From contig JACPKM010000001.1 of NCBI GenBank assembly GCA_016187025.1, positions 384,055-448,054 on the forward strand: a stretch of DNA of 64,000 nucleotides, read 5' to 3'. Numbering within the stretch: the first letter of the stretch is position 1; the number at the start of each line of letters is the position of its first letter. Below the pieces are notes generated by a model. It made no database searches. It was not told where the DNA came from and was given only the letters and a program-made list of their open reading frames with translations. This document shows positions 26,261 to 36,861 of this stretch, one piece after another. Made by a program: the position numbers and the translations under genes. Source of the DNA: Candidatus Daviesbacteria bacterium. GTDB lineage: Bacteria; Patescibacteriota; Microgenomatia; Daviesbacterales; UBA10151.

Positions 26261-26779
26261 ATGAACCCAGCAGTAAGGGCAGTCATTATCACTTCAGATA
26301 GTAGTATATTACTTACTTTCCAACCTGATCATGGCCGTAGAAGATTTTTCATACCAGGTGGATCTATGGAAAGATCAGATGAAGGTCATAGAAGAACACG
26401 CCTGCAAAAAGAATTGAGAGAAGAGTTGGGATTGGATGTTAGTCGGGCAAACATGCATGAGTTGCATCCGATCACGACAGGAATAAGAAATCATGATTTA
26501 TTTTTTGTAAGCAGAGTTAGAGGCGGTATTGTAAGGATTAATCCGTTTGATAGGTCTGAGCCCGTCCTTGGGCTGGGATTTTGGGGTGGTGGGTACCGTA
26601 TTCCTCATGAACTGCTCACAGGTCATGTAGCACAGTTAGGAGATTTTTATAGAAAATATCCCCATTTGAGGGGAGAAGTTACAGAAGGTTTGGTTATACC
26701 AGAGGGTTTATTAAGAAATAGAAACACCCCGATTGGAGTTATATCTTGGGATGCTCAAAGACGCAGCTGGAGAGTATAG
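26261..26779 (+). CDS. Hypothetical protein, Nudix-hydrolase-like (degenerate Nudix box), atypical R-rich composition
   Basis: 'IPGGSMERSDEGHRRTRLQKELREELGL' approximates the Nudix box (GX5EX7REUXEEXGU) with a 2-aa offset and K for R. Higher GC than neighbours. Confidence 0.4.
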   Translation: MNPAVRAVIITSDSSILLTFQPDHGRRRFFIPGGSMERSDEGHRRTRLQKELREELGLDVSRANMHELHPITTGIRNHDLFFVSRVRGGIVRINPFDRSEPVLGLGFWGGGYRIPHELLTGHVAQLGDFYRKYPHLRGEVTEGLVIPEGLLRNRNTPIGVISWDAQRRSWRV

Positions 26780-26837
26780 CTGGATTCCCTTTTCAAGGGT
26801 TAGGGTAGAAATAACCTAAATTTGTTAGAATGTGCTT

Positions 26838-27374
26838 ATGGATCAGAGGGAAAAAGGTTTAGTTATTTTATACACTGGTGAAGGAAAGGGTAAAACTACT
26901 GCTGCTTTAGGGATTATTTTACGGGCTGTAGGATATAAGAAAAAGTGTTTGATGGTGCAGTTTGGTAAGACTTGGTTTACCGGAGAACTGGTTGGAATAA
27001 AAAAACTTTCGCCTTTGGTAAAAATTATCCAGGGTGGAAAAGGTTTTGTTGATATTCTAGGAGATCAACTCCCAAGAGAAAAGCACCAGGAAGCAGCCCA
27101 AAAGACTTTTAATTATTTATATAATGAAACTACAAGCGGAAAATGGGATTTGGTGATAGCTGATGAGATTGTAGGAGCTGTATCAGGTAAAATTTTGCCT
27201 TTGGAGGATGCAGTAAGATTAATCACAGACAAACCAGCAAGTGTTGATTTAGTATTGACGGGTCACAACGCACCACAGAAACTAATTGATTTAGCTGATC
27301 TGGTCACAGAAATGCAAGCGATCAAACATCCTTACCAGAAAGGAGTTTTAGCAAAAAAAGGGGTTGACTTTTAG
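26838..27374 (+). CDS. cobA: Cob(I)yrinic acid a,c-diamide / corrinoid adenosyltransferase (CobA/CobO/BtuR family)
   Basis: P-loop 'YTGEGKGKTTAALG' and overall BtuR-family pattern. The track ORF starts two codons upstream at 26832. Confidence 0.8.
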   Translation: MDQREKGLVILYTGEGKGKTTAALGIILRAVGYKKKCLMVQFGKTWFTGELVGIKKLSPLVKIIQGGKGFVDILGDQLPREKHQEAAQKTFNYLYNETTSGKWDLVIADEIVGAVSGKILPLEDAVRLITDKPASVDLVLTGHNAPQKLIDLADLVTEMQAIKHPYQKGVLAKKGVDF

Positions 27375-27410
27375 CACTCAGCATGTTAATCTGCTAAAGT
27401 TGAAGAAACT

Positions 27411-29837
27411 ATGAGTGATATATCAAGAATCATTTCGTCTCAACCAATAAAACTAAAGCCTACGATTCCAGTCGGCCCTTTAAGGGATACAGTAATTTTT
27501 CCTGGAAACTCTGTTCCTATAATTTCTGGCAGACCCAAATCAAAAGCTGCGCTTGATGCAGCCTGGGGTACTGATAAACTAATTGCTTTTGTTACCCAAA
27601 AAAACGCCCGGATTGAAGACCCTACTGAAAAAGATCTATACCAGGTTGGGACTGTTTGCCTGATAAGAAGAGTTGTAAAAAATCCGGAAGGTGAATATAC
27701 ACTTCAGGCAGAAGGTATTGCCAGAGTATTTTTAAAAAAGTTTACCCAAATTGATCCCTTCTTAGAAGCAGAAATTGAAGAAATTCCTGAGCTTTATGAA
27801 AAGAATGAACAGACTGAGGCGTTAATGCGTACTGTCAGAGAACAGCTCAAACGTTATCTGGAGCTTGGTGGTAACCCATTCCTAGATCAAACCGGACTGA
27901 CCAACTGGTCCCTGTTTACATACACTGAAGATCCTAACCAATTGGTAAACTCAGTTGCCCAGGCTATAGATTTTAAAACTATTGATAAACAGCAAATGCT
28001 GGAAAAAGTAGCTGCCTCAGAAAGACTGCAAAGACTTTCAGAACTTCTGGCAAAAGAGATAAGAATCATGGAGATTTCCCAAAAGATTTCTTCCCAGACC
28101 CAAGAAAGAGTGTCCCGTATGACCAAAGAAGCAATTTTAAGAGAGCAAATGAAAAGTATAGAGGAAGAGTTGGGAGGAGGAGACAGTGAACATCAGGAAA
28201 TTAGGGAGTTTGAGCTAAAGATTAGAAAAGCTGGTATGCCCAAAGTGGTTCAAGACAAAGCCAAAAAAGAGTTAGGTCGTTTAGCAAAGATGTCTTCCTA
28301 CAACCCTGAGGCTGGATATATCAGAAACTATCTGGAATGGTTAACTGATCTTCCCTGGAAAGCTTTTAAAGGCAAAAAAATAGACCTTAAAAAAGCACAA
28401 GAAATTTTGGATACAGACCATTACGGACTAAATAAAGTCAAAGAAAGAATTGTTGAGTATTTGGCTGTACATAAACTGGCTGGAAAAATGAGAGGACCAA
28501 TTCTTTGTTTTGCTGGGCCTCCTGGTACTGGAAAAACATCCATTGGTAAATCGATTGCCAAAGCCCTGGGAAGAAAGTTTGTCAAAATCTCTTTAGGAGG
28601 GATTAGGGATGAAGCTGAGATCAGAGGACACAGAAGAACTTATGTTGGCTCTATGCCAGGAAGGATTATTCAGGCTATTAAGCAAGCTGAAACTACCAAT
28701 CCAGTATTTATGTTGGATGAAATTGACAAAATTGGTACAGATTATAGAGGTGATCCTTCTGCTGCCTTACTTGAGGCGCTAGACCCAGAGCAAAACGATG
28801 CCTTCTCCGATCATTACCTGGAAGTTTCATATGATTTGTCTCATGTCATGTTTATTACAACTGCAAATATTTTAGATACGATCCCCCCTGCTTTAAGAGA
28901 TAGGTTGGAAGTTATTCTTTATCCAGGGTATACAGAAGATGAAAAATTCCATATCGCACAAAATTTTTTAATTCCTAAACAAATAGAAACACATGGTTTG
29001 AAAAAAGAGCAAATTCAGTTTGTTGATGATGCAGTAAAATCTATTATTAGAGAATACACCAGAGAGGCCGGAGTAAGGAATTTAGAAAGAGAGATTGCAG
29101 CAGTAATCAGAAAGATAGCAAGAAAAGTAGCTGAATCAAACAAGAAAACAGCTGCCAAATTTAAGATTACTCCTGATGATATACATAAATATTTAGGTCC
29201 AATCAAGTTCTTGCCACAACTTGCCGAGATTGAAGACACTATTGGAATGACTACTGGACTATCCGTTACTGAGGCAGGAGGAGATATTTTGTTTATAGAG
29301 GTAACATTGATGCCTGGTAAAGGACAGTTAATACTTACTGGTCAGTTAGGTGATGTTATGAAAGAATCAGGTCAAGCAGCAATGTCTTATGTCCGCGCGC
29401 ACTGGGCAGAACTGGGACTTCCTGAGAGATTTTTTAATAAGGTAGATGTGCATGTTCACGTTCCAGAAGGAGCTATTCCAAAAGATGGGCCTTCAGCCGG
29501 AATTTCTCTGACTACAGCCATAGTGTCTGCGTTCACTAAAATTCCTGTTAGAAAAGATGTAGCAATGACTGGTGAGGTAACTTTGCGGGGACGGGTACTG
29601 GAAATCGGTGGATTCAAACAAAAAGTTTTAGCAGCCCACAGAGCAGGAGTTAAAACTGTCATTGCTCCAAAAGATAACGAGAGAGACATGGAAGATATTC
29701 CAAGTTTTGTTAAAGATGATTTGAAGTTTTTCTTTGCCAAACATATGGATGATGTGTTAGAGGTTGCTTTGCTAAAGCTTCCAAAACCAAGTCATCAAAA
29801 AAACCTTCCTCTTCCGCCTTCAGCTTACGTAGCTTAA
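27411..29837 (+). CDS. lon: ATP-dependent Lon protease
   Basis: N-terminal LON domain, Walker A 'GPPGTGKTS', catalytic Ser in 'DGPSAGI' with the Lys dyad downstream. 808 aa. Confidence 0.95.
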   Translation: MSDISRIISSQPIKLKPTIPVGPLRDTVIFPGNSVPIISGRPKSKAALDAAWGTDKLIAFVTQKNARIEDPTEKDLYQVGTVCLIRRVVKNPEGEYTLQAEGIARVFLKKFTQIDPFLEAEIEEIPELYEKNEQTEALMRTVREQLKRYLELGGNPFLDQTGLTNWSLFTYTEDPNQLVNSVAQAIDFKTIDKQQMLEKVAASERLQRLSELLAKEIRIMEISQKISSQTQERVSRMTKEAILREQMKSIEEELGGGDSEHQEIREFELKIRKAGMPKVVQDKAKKELGRLAKMSSYNPEAGYIRNYLEWLTDLPWKAFKGKKIDLKKAQEILDTDHYGLNKVKERIVEYLAVHKLAGKMRGPILCFAGPPGTGKTSIGKSIAKALGRKFVKISLGGIRDEAEIRGHRRTYVGSMPGRIIQAIKQAETTNPVFMLDEIDKIGTDYRGDPSAALLEALDPEQNDAFSDHYLEVSYDLSHVMFITTANILDTIPPALRDRLEVILYPGYTEDEKFHIAQNFLIPKQIETHGLKKEQIQFVDDAVKSIIREYTREAGVRNLEREIAAVIRKIARKVAESNKKTAAKFKITPDDIHKYLGPIKFLPQLAEIEDTIGMTTGLSVTEAGGDILFIEVTLMPGKGQLILTGQLGDVMKESGQAAMSYVRAHWAELGLPERFFNKVDVHVHVPEGAIPKDGPSAGISLTTAIVSAFTKIPVRKDVAMTGEVTLRGRVLEIGGFKQKVLAAHRAGVKTVIAPKDNERDMEDIPSFVKDDLKFFFAKHMDDVLEVALLKLPKPSHQKNLPLPPSAYVA

Positions 29838-29903
29838 TGGCAAAACCAGCTCAGTAATCTCTGAAAAAAATATGATATGCTATTTGCTAACTAAATTAGT
29901 TTA

Positions 29904-30593
29904 ATGGCAGGCAAACTTTTTAATCCAACTGTAGTACTATTTCTTGTTTCCTTATTAAATTTTTGGGTGTGGAGAATTTTTCAAGGTAATATTTTTTTAG
30001 GAGTAATTCTGCTTTTCTTAACTTTTATATTGTTTAGACTATACCAAGATAAAAAAGGGAAATTACTAATTGCTTTGCTCATCAGTATTGTATTAGTAAG
30101 CTTGTTTGTTCTAGGGGAAGGATGGGATAAAACAATCTTTGCCAAATCCCCTGCCCAGGTGCTTTTGCAAGATAGAAGACATGGGTATTTGGCAGATAAT
30201 CTGGGAAAAGCTTTTACCAATAAAGCGAGCCAAATTTTTTATGCCCGTTTTTCAACTCCCATTTATAAAATGCAGGAAAATGTTTTCTCAACTCTGGATC
30301 TAAATCTATATTTTTTTGCCAGTCATCCAAGGGAAAGAGCTGGAATAGATGATTTTGAAAAATATAGCTTTGTTTTCCTGCCTGTTTTTTTAATAGGATT
30401 TGTTAAGCTTTTGTCTGAAAAGAAAAAAATTGTTATTTATTATTTTTTGCTAGCTTTGGTTGTCAGCGCTTTTATATCTTCAAAATATAGGTTTGGTCCA
30501 GTTTTCTTTTTTCCATTAATAAACCTTGCTATAACTATTGGATTTTTATATTTAGTAAACTTTTTCCGAACAAAACTAAAATATGAAATTTAA
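29904..30593 (+). CDS. Hypothetical polytopic membrane protein
   Basis: 229 aa, several TM helices. Overlaps the start of the downstream GT-C gene by 11 nt, so may be co-translated. Confidence 0.45.
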   Translation: MAGKLFNPTVVLFLVSLLNFWVWRIFQGNIFLGVILLFLTFILFRLYQDKKGKLLIALLISIVLVSLFVLGEGWDKTIFAKSPAQVLLQDRRHGYLADNLGKAFTNKASQIFYARFSTPIYKMQENVFSTLDLNLYFFASHPRERAGIDDFEKYSFVFLPVFLIGFVKLLSEKKKIVIYYFLLALVVSAFISSKYRFGPVFFFPLINLAITIGFLYLVNFFRTKLKYEI

Positions 30594-32169
30594 AATCATT
30601 TTTGCCTTAGCGTCTGTCTTACTTATTGCTTCTGTCCTGCGCTTTTTCTTCCTTGACCAACTACCTCCAGGGTTAAATACAGATGAAGCTTCCCAAGGAT
30701 ACGATGCTTATTCTCTGCTTTTGACAGGTAAGGATCAGTGGGGGAAATCTTTTCCAATCTTTCTGCGGTCTTTTGGCAGTTACCAATCCCCTCTTTATAC
30801 CTATTTGACTATAATCCCAACTTTTTTTTGGGATATCAGCATTTTTTCTACCCGGTTTATCTCAGCTCTATCAGGAGTATCCATAGTTTTTTTAACCTTT
30901 TTAATTATTCGAAAAATCGAAGACAGGGCAAATATAGAAATCTCTTTAATATCTTCATTGATGGTAGCAATTTCTCCCTGGGCTATATTTTTTAGTAGAA
31001 ACGCCACAGAAGCAAATTTGGCACTGGCAATATTTTTAGGGGCAGTTTATCTGCTGTTACTTTCTTTAAAAAATATCAATTTTCTCCCCCTTTCTTTTTT
31101 GCTTTTGGGAATTTCCACTTATGCATATCATGCCCAAAGGGTAATAACCCTAATTTTTATTGCTTTCTGCTTTTTTGCATTCAGAAGATACTTTTTTAAA
31201 AAGCAAATTCTATTTGTAGTATCTGTTGCAATCTTTTTAGTGATACAAATTCCTCAGTTTTTATTAATCAATACACCTGGTGCAAATAGGAGATTGGAAC
31301 AAGTAAATTATTTCAAGCAAGCAAAGGGTAGTGTGGTAGACAAAAGTATATTTATAGTTAGGAAATTCTCTGCTCAGTATAGTGCCTATTTATCCCCCAA
31401 CAATTTGTTTTTTAACCCAGATCCACAAGGAGTTCGCTCTATTCCCCAAATGAGCGTTTTTTATAGCTTTATGATTATTCCATTTTTGTTTGGTATCAAA
31501 GAAATATTGAAACGATGGATAGATCCACTGGTTAAAATATTATTATTTGCTGGTTTGATCAGCTTAGTGCCTTCTGCGTTTACAGGAGAACCTTTTTATA
31601 CTATGCGGGTACTGCCCTATTTATGGGTTATAAGCTTGGTAATAGGTTTTGGAGGATATTCGATTTTAAATCTTTTGAGGCAAAAAGTTGTAAAAGTTTT
31701 AGCTTTAGTTTTATTGTTAGGTTTTTCTATACCTTGTTTTTATATCAATTACTTTATTTTTCTAAAATACGAAAGAGCAGATTATTATGAATACCCTTTT
31801 GTTGAAGTGGCCAAAGAAAGCGAAAGGTTAAAAGATGAGCAGTTTGTTGTTGATACAGGTCGAGAACCACAACTATATATTCTTTTTGCTTTCTATAAAA
31901 AATATGATCCAAAAAAATTCCAAGAGGAAAATGGATTGCAAAATATAGCTGACTACTATTATCAAACAGAGCTATCAAAAAAGCATACTGTGGGAAACGT
32001 TGAATTAAAGCCTATTGATTGGAAAGATGCCAGCACTGAAAAGATTTTAGTCGGTGATGAGGTAGCTATATCAGATCCACAAGTAAAGGATCATAATTTG
32101 ATGTTGCTAAAAGAGTTTAAAGATTTAGAAGGTGAGATGGCAGTGAGGGCTTTTAAAAGCAGTTTTTAA
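30583..32169 (+). CDS. GT-C fold membrane glycosyltransferase (GT39/GT83 PMT_2/ArnT-like)
   Basis: N-terminal loop 'NTDEASQGYDAYSL' and 'FGSYQSPLYTYL' match the PMT_2/ArnT family pattern. 528 aa, polytopic. Confidence 0.75.
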   Translation: MKFKIIFALASVLLIASVLRFFFLDQLPPGLNTDEASQGYDAYSLLLTGKDQWGKSFPIFLRSFGSYQSPLYTYLTIIPTFFWDISIFSTRFISALSGVSIVFLTFLIIRKIEDRANIEISLISSLMVAISPWAIFFSRNATEANLALAIFLGAVYLLLLSLKNINFLPLSFLLLGISTYAYHAQRVITLIFIAFCFFAFRRYFFKKQILFVVSVAIFLVIQIPQFLLINTPGANRRLEQVNYFKQAKGSVVDKSIFIVRKFSAQYSAYLSPNNLFFNPDPQGVRSIPQMSVFYSFMIIPFLFGIKEILKRWIDPLVKILLFAGLISLVPSAFTGEPFYTMRVLPYLWVISLVIGFGGYSILNLLRQKVVKVLALVLLLGFSIPCFYINYFIFLKYERADYYEYPFVEVAKESERLKDEQFVVDTGREPQLYILFAFYKKYDPKKFQEENGLQNIADYYYQTELSKKHTVGNVELKPIDWKDASTEKILVGDEVAISDPQVKDHNLMLLKEFKDLEGEMAVRAFKSSF

Positions 32170-32236
32170 TTTTTTCCCTGCTTGACTTCCAGTAGCCTCA
32201 TAGTGTAAATTTTTAGTATTCTGCCTCAAATATTTC

Positions 32237-34243
32237 ATGGAACTTATCTTAAATAACACAAATTTAATCATCTGGGCTGCTGTTGTAGCTGCTTTAGGTT
32301 ATGGCGGTTGGTTAATTGCAGATGTATTAAAAAAGGATGCTGGCAATGAAAAGATGCAAGAGATTGCATCTGCAATTCAAATTGGTGCAGCAGCTTACCT
32401 ACAAAGACAATATTTAGTAGTTGGAGCAGTTGCTGCTGTTTTAGGGGCTATCATTTATTATTTTCTCGGCCAGAATAGTGCTATTGGATTTTTAGTTGGT
32501 GCAGTGCTTTCTGCTCTGGCTGGATTTATTGGTATGAGTGTTGCAGTGAGGGCAAATGTTAGGGTGGCTGAGGCTGCCAAGGGCGGATTATCAGATGCAT
32601 TTAATTTAGCCTACAAGGGTGGTGCAGTAACAGGATTTTTAGTAGTAGGTTTGGCTTTGGGTGCAGTTTATGGTTTTTACCAGTTTACAGATGGAGATTT
32701 AAGGGCCTTAACTGGTTTAGCATTTGGTAGCTCTTTGATTTCGGTTTTTGCCAGACTTGGAGGAGGAATATTTACAAAGGGTGCTGATGTGGGGGCTGAT
32801 TTAGTAGGAAAAGTAGAAGCGGGAATTCCTGAGGATGATCCCAGAAATCCGGCAGTAATTGCAGACAATGTTGGCGATAATGTCGGAGATGATGCCGGAA
32901 TGGCAGCAGATATTTTTGAAACCTATGTTGTCACAGCAGCAGCTGCAATCATTTTAGGACAATTGGTTTTTCCAGCTTTTGACCAGGCTTTAACTTATCC
33001 TTTGGTTATATTGGCGCTGGCAATTTTTGCCTCAGTTGTGGGAAGTCTATTTGTTCGTCTCGCAAGTAAAAATATTATGGGAGCCTTATATAAAGGTCTT
33101 ATTATCACATCTGTGTTGTCAGCAATTTTGTTTTATCCTGCAACATCAGTACTGATGGGTGGTAATGATTTATACGGGGTTATTAATCTCTACCTTGCTT
33201 CATTGCTGGGAATCTTAGTTACTGCTGGAATGGTTTGGATTACTGAGTACTACACTGGTACCCAATATAATCCTGTAAGACATATTGCCGAAAGCTCAGT
33301 GACAGGGCATGGAACAAATGTGATTGCAGGGCTTGCGGTCTCGATGAAATCAACATTTTTCCCAGTTATTTTGATTTCTGCAGCAGTTCTAGCTGCATAT
33401 TCTTTAGCAGGACTATATGGGATCGCCTTGGCTGCAATTGCAATGCTTTCTCTATCTGGGGTGGTGGTTGCAATTGATGCATTTGGTCCAATTACAGATA
33501 ACGCCGGTGGGATTGCCGAGATGGCCAATTTACCAAGCAAAGTAAGAAACGTCACTGATCCATTGGATGCAGTTGGAAACACTACAAAAGCTGTTACTAA
33601 AGGCTATGCCATAGGTTCTGCAGGACTTGCAGCATTGGTTCTTTTTGCAGCATATGCTGAAGAATTTACAGCACTGGGTAGAAGTTTATTATTTGACCTA
33701 TCTGATCCTAGAGTGATAGTGGGACTTTTTATTGGTGGATCACTCCCTTACCTGTTTGCTTCCTATGCTATGGATGCAGTTGGTAAAGCTGGGGGGGCAG
33801 TTGTAGAAGAGGTCAGAAGGCAGTTTAAGAAAATTAAAGGGATTATGGAAGGAACTGCCAAACCCGATTATGCTGCTTGTGTTTCCATTGTCACTGCTGC
33901 AGCACAGAAAGAGATGATGATTCCAGCTTTAATTCCGGTTTTGGCTCCGGTCATAGTAGGGTTTACCTTGGGTCCTGTTGCCTTAGGGGGGATGCTGGTT
34001 GGATCTATTGTGACAGGTATATTTGTAGCAGTTTCTATGACAACCGGTGGAGCAGCTTGGGATAATGCTAAAAAATACATTGAATCAGGAAAGTATGGCG
34101 GAAAGGGGTCTGAAACCCACAAAGCTGCCGTGACTGGTGATACAGTAGGAGATCCATATAAGGACACGGCAGGACCTGCCATTAATCCTATGATTAAGGT
34201 GGTTAATATAGTTGCGTTACTTCTAGTTCCATTTTTAAGATAA
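32237..34243 (+). CDS. hppA: Membrane-bound proton-translocating pyrophosphatase (H+-PPase), K+-independent type
   Basis: Signature '[22 protein letters not shown]', 16 predicted TM helices. 'GNTTKA' (Lys rather than Ala) indicates the K+-independent subfamily. Confidence 0.9.
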   Translation: MELILNNTNLIIWAAVVAALGYGGWLIADVLKKDAGNEKMQEIASAIQIGAAAYLQRQYLVVGAVAAVLGAIIYYFLGQNSAIGFLVGAVLSALAGFIGMSVAVRANVRVAEAAKGGLSDAFNLAYKGGAVTGFLVVGLALGAVYGFYQFTDGDLRALTGLAFGSSLISVFARLGGGIFTKGADVGADLVGKVEAGIPEDDPRNPAVIADNVGDNVGDDAGMAADIFETYVVTAAAAIILGQLVFPAFDQALTYPLVILALAIFASVVGSLFVRLASKNIMGALYKGLIITSVLSAILFYPATSVLMGGNDLYGVINLYLASLLGILVTAGMVWITEYYTGTQYNPVRHIAESSVTGHGTNVIAGLAVSMKSTFFPVILISAAVLAAYSLAGLYGIALAAIAMLSLSGVVVAIDAFGPITDNAGGIAEMANLPSKVRNVTDPLDAVGNTTKAVTKGYAIGSAGLAALVLFAAYAEEFTALGRSLLFDLSDPRVIVGLFIGGSLPYLFASYAMDAVGKAGGAVVEEVRRQFKKIKGIMEGTAKPDYAACVSIVTAAAQKEMMIPALIPVLAPVIVGFTLGPVALGGMLVGSIVTGIFVAVSMTTGGAAWDNAKKYIESGKYGGKGSETHKAAVTGDTVGDPYKDTAGPAINPMIKVVNIVALLLVPFLR

Positions 34244-34271
34244 ACTCCACACTAGAAGATTTTTGGGTATT

Positions 34272-34727
34272 TTACTTATTAGTTTGAGGAAGAACGGTTG
34301 CTGGGTCTGATGTTGGACTGGCTGTAGTTGAACTGTTTCCAGCAGGCTGACCATTTAATGCATTTTTTACCTCATTTACAATCTGATCAGGGGTATAAGA
34401 TCCTTTGATTAAATAAGCCTGTGCTCCCAGCTCAAAACCCTCTTTAATTACTGCTTCCTGGCCTAAATTAGTCAGTAAAACCACGATAGTATTTGAATTA
34501 GGGTTTTTTGCTTTAAACTCTTTTAAAACCTGTAGTCCATTAAGTCCCGGAAGCATTATATCAAGCAAAAGAAGGTCAAACTTTTCTGACAAAAGTATAT
34601 TAAGGCCGCTATTTCCATCTGGAGCTGATTTTACTTCAAATCCAGCTTTGACAAGCTCTCTTACATATAAATCCCTAATAAAATCTTCATCTTCAATAAG
34701 GAGTAACTTTTTATTTTGCGAAGCCAT
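34272..34727 (-). CDS. Response regulator, receiver (REC) domain only, with S/T-rich C-terminal tail
   Basis: 'LLIEDEDF...' through '...LLLLDIMLPGLNG' REC signature with phospho-Asp context. No DNA-binding domain. Start taken at internal ATG (MASQNKK); the ORF extends to 34763. Confidence 0.8.
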   Translation of the reverse strand: MASQNKKLLLIEDEDFIRDLYVRELVKAGFEVKSAPDGNSGLNILLSEKFDLLLLDIMLPGLNGLQVLKEFKAKNPNSNTIVVLLTNLGQEAVIKEGFELGAQAYLIKGSYTPDQIVNEVKNALNGQPAGNSSTTASPTSDPATVLPQTNK

Positions 34728-34768
34728 AAAAAACATTGTATGGGAAAAACTATTTTTGCGCAAGATAC

Positions 34769-36271
34769 CTAATGAACCACAGGGGGATTTAAATAATTTT
34801 GCATACGCATTTCTAGGGCACCTTTTTGTTGTAGTGAATCAGAAGTAGTGGCAATAGGTAAACTGAAGTGGAATTTAGAGCCTGTTCCTATTTCAGACTC
34901 CACCCAAATTTTCCCTTTTAAATTGTCTATAATAGATTTTGAAATATACAGTCCCAGGCCAGTCCCCTGTTTGTAATTAGGATCCAGGGTTGAAGCTGCC
35001 CTGAAAAACTTGTTAAATAAACGCGGAATAGCTTCTTTTGGTATACCCATACCTGTATCTTCTATTGTTGTGATAACCTCATTTGGTGTGGTTTGAGTAT
35101 ACACTGTGACTTTTCCACCGCTTTTGGTGTAGTTAACGGCATTAGAAACCAGGTTATTTACCACCTCAGTAATGCGGGTAGTATCGGCCATAACCTTTGG
35201 CAGGGGAGTAGCTGGCAGGGTTAGCGAAAGTATAATACTTTTCTGCTTTGCTTGGTTTTGCAAGTCTTCCACTGCTTTAGTTAAGGTAGCACTCCAGTCA
35301 ATTGGCTCAGGAGAAATAACAAGTCTTTGACGCTCTATTTTATTTACGTTTAACAAATTGATGACTAAGGTGTAAAGCCTTTGGGCAGAAGCAAGGGATT
35401 TTTCCAACAGCTCAAGCTCTTCTTTTGTAATCTTTTGTCTATTTTCATCTATAAACACTTTTAGATAACCAATTATACTTGTTAAAGGGGTTCTGAGCTC
35501 ATGGGAGGCCATGGATACAAAATCAAGCTTCATCTGTTCTAACTCACTTTCTTTAGTTAAATCATGAATTACTAAAATGCATCCTAAATTAGATTGTAGA
35601 TTGCCAGTAATTGGCAGCCCAGAAAGGATAATGTCTGTTTGCTTGCTATCTTTGCCAATCAGTTTCAGGGACTGATCAGAAGTAAAAGGGGAGCTTGGCT
35701 GGTCAGAGAAACTAAGTGGACAATAGTTTTTTGCCATAATCTCCTCCCGTTTAGAAAATACTTTCATAAATTGATCTACTGGTCTGTTTATCATTTCCTG
35801 AAGCGTAAAGCCGGTTATTTTCTGAGCAGCGGTGTTTGCAAAAAGCACATTTTTATGAAGATCTACCGCAATAATTCCATCTGTAATTGAGGACAAGATC
35901 AGGTTTAGCTTACTGGTTTGTGATGATAAAATCCCCTTTTCTTCCTCAACTTTGTCCACAACTTGTTTTACAGATAACATCATTTGGTTTAAGGCGGTTG
36001 AAATATCCCCCAGCTCATCGTTTGAGTGTATTTCTGCTTTTGTACCGATATTTCCACTGGAGATAACTTTAAGGGTAAAAAAAAGCTTTTCCAAGGGTTT
36101 TAAAAAGACAAAACTTAAAAATATTCCTCCTGCTCCGCTAAATACAATGAGTAAAGAGGTCAAAAGCTTATTATCTAAAAAATTATAAAAGATAAGGGAT
36201 AAAAAAGATACCAGCCCAATTATAAAGGCAATTTTTAGCCGGAGCGATTTCTTAAGAGGTTGATTGGGCAT
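34769..36271 (-). CDS. Sensor histidine kinase (2 TM, HAMP, PAS, HisKA, HATPase_c)
   Basis: H-box 'SHELRTPLTSI', and N, G1, G2 boxes in the C-terminal region (GTGLGL). N-terminal two TM helices. Confidence 0.85.
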   Translation of the reverse strand: MPNQPLKKSLRLKIAFIIGLVSFLSLIFYNFLDNKLLTSLLIVFSGAGGIFLSFVFLKPLEKLFFTLKVISSGNIGTKAEIHSNDELGDISTALNQMMLSVKQVVDKVEEEKGILSSQTSKLNLILSSITDGIIAVDLHKNVLFANTAAQKITGFTLQEMINRPVDQFMKVFSKREEIMAKNYCPLSFSDQPSSPFTSDQSLKLIGKDSKQTDIILSGLPITGNLQSNLGCILVIHDLTKESELEQMKLDFVSMASHELRTPLTSIIGYLKVFIDENRQKITKEELELLEKSLASAQRLYTLVINLLNVNKIERQRLVISPEPIDWSATLTKAVEDLQNQAKQKSIILSLTLPATPLPKVMADTTRITEVVNNLVSNAVNYTKSGGKVTVYTQTTPNEVITTIEDTGMGIPKEAIPRLFNKFFRAASTLDPNYKQGTGLGLYISKSIIDNLKGKIWVESEIGTGSKFHFSLPIATTSDSLQQKGALEMRMQNYLNPPVVH

Positions 36272-36280
36272 TCTCTTCTC

Positions 36281-36823
36281 CTATCCTTTTTTGGATGATT
36301 TTTCCGATTTGTTAAAAACATCCCAAAAGGGGAGGATAAATCTATCCAATCCATACCAACCTGCTACTTTCCATGCCAGCATTATAAAAATTTGACCTAT
36401 TAATAGTACTGGATTAATGCTGACAGTACCAGCCAGAAGATAGTTCATATTCATTAATGCTCCAAAAAATGCTGCAACACCTGTTAGTGCACCCAATATT
36501 AGTCCTATTCCGACTGCAATTTCACCATAGGTGACCAAGTATGAGAATACTACACTATTGGGTAAGGCTATGTTTTGTACAAAAGCTGCATACCAATCTT
36601 GTACATCTGGATGAGGACCGGAAGCTTTTTCCAATGCCTTTGTTAAAAACCCCTGGACAGCCACTCCTGCTTTAGCGCCCGTCCAGGCTGGATTAAAAAG
36701 CTTATTCCACCCAGCATCAACCCATTCCCATCCTACATAGACTCTTAAAATCAACCACAACCAAGAGAAACTAGTTGTATTATAAAGCAGGTTAGAAATA
36801 GAAGAATCTTTTACACCAGTCAC
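36281..36823 (-). CDS. DoxX-family membrane protein
   Basis: About 4 TM helices. N-terminal 'LRVYVGWEWVDAGWNK' resembles the DoxX/DoxD family pattern. Confidence 0.55.
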   Translation of the reverse strand: MTGVKDSSISNLLYNTTSFSWLWLILRVYVGWEWVDAGWNKLFNPAWTGAKAGVAVQGFLTKALEKASGPHPDVQDWYAAFVQNIALPNSVVFSYLVTYGEIAVGIGLILGALTGVAAFFGALMNMNYLLAGTVSINPVLLIGQIFIMLAWKVAGWYGLDRFILPFWDVFNKSEKSSKKG

Positions 36824-36861
36824 AATTTTACCGTAGCATGTAAAACCTTTATTGGCAACTA

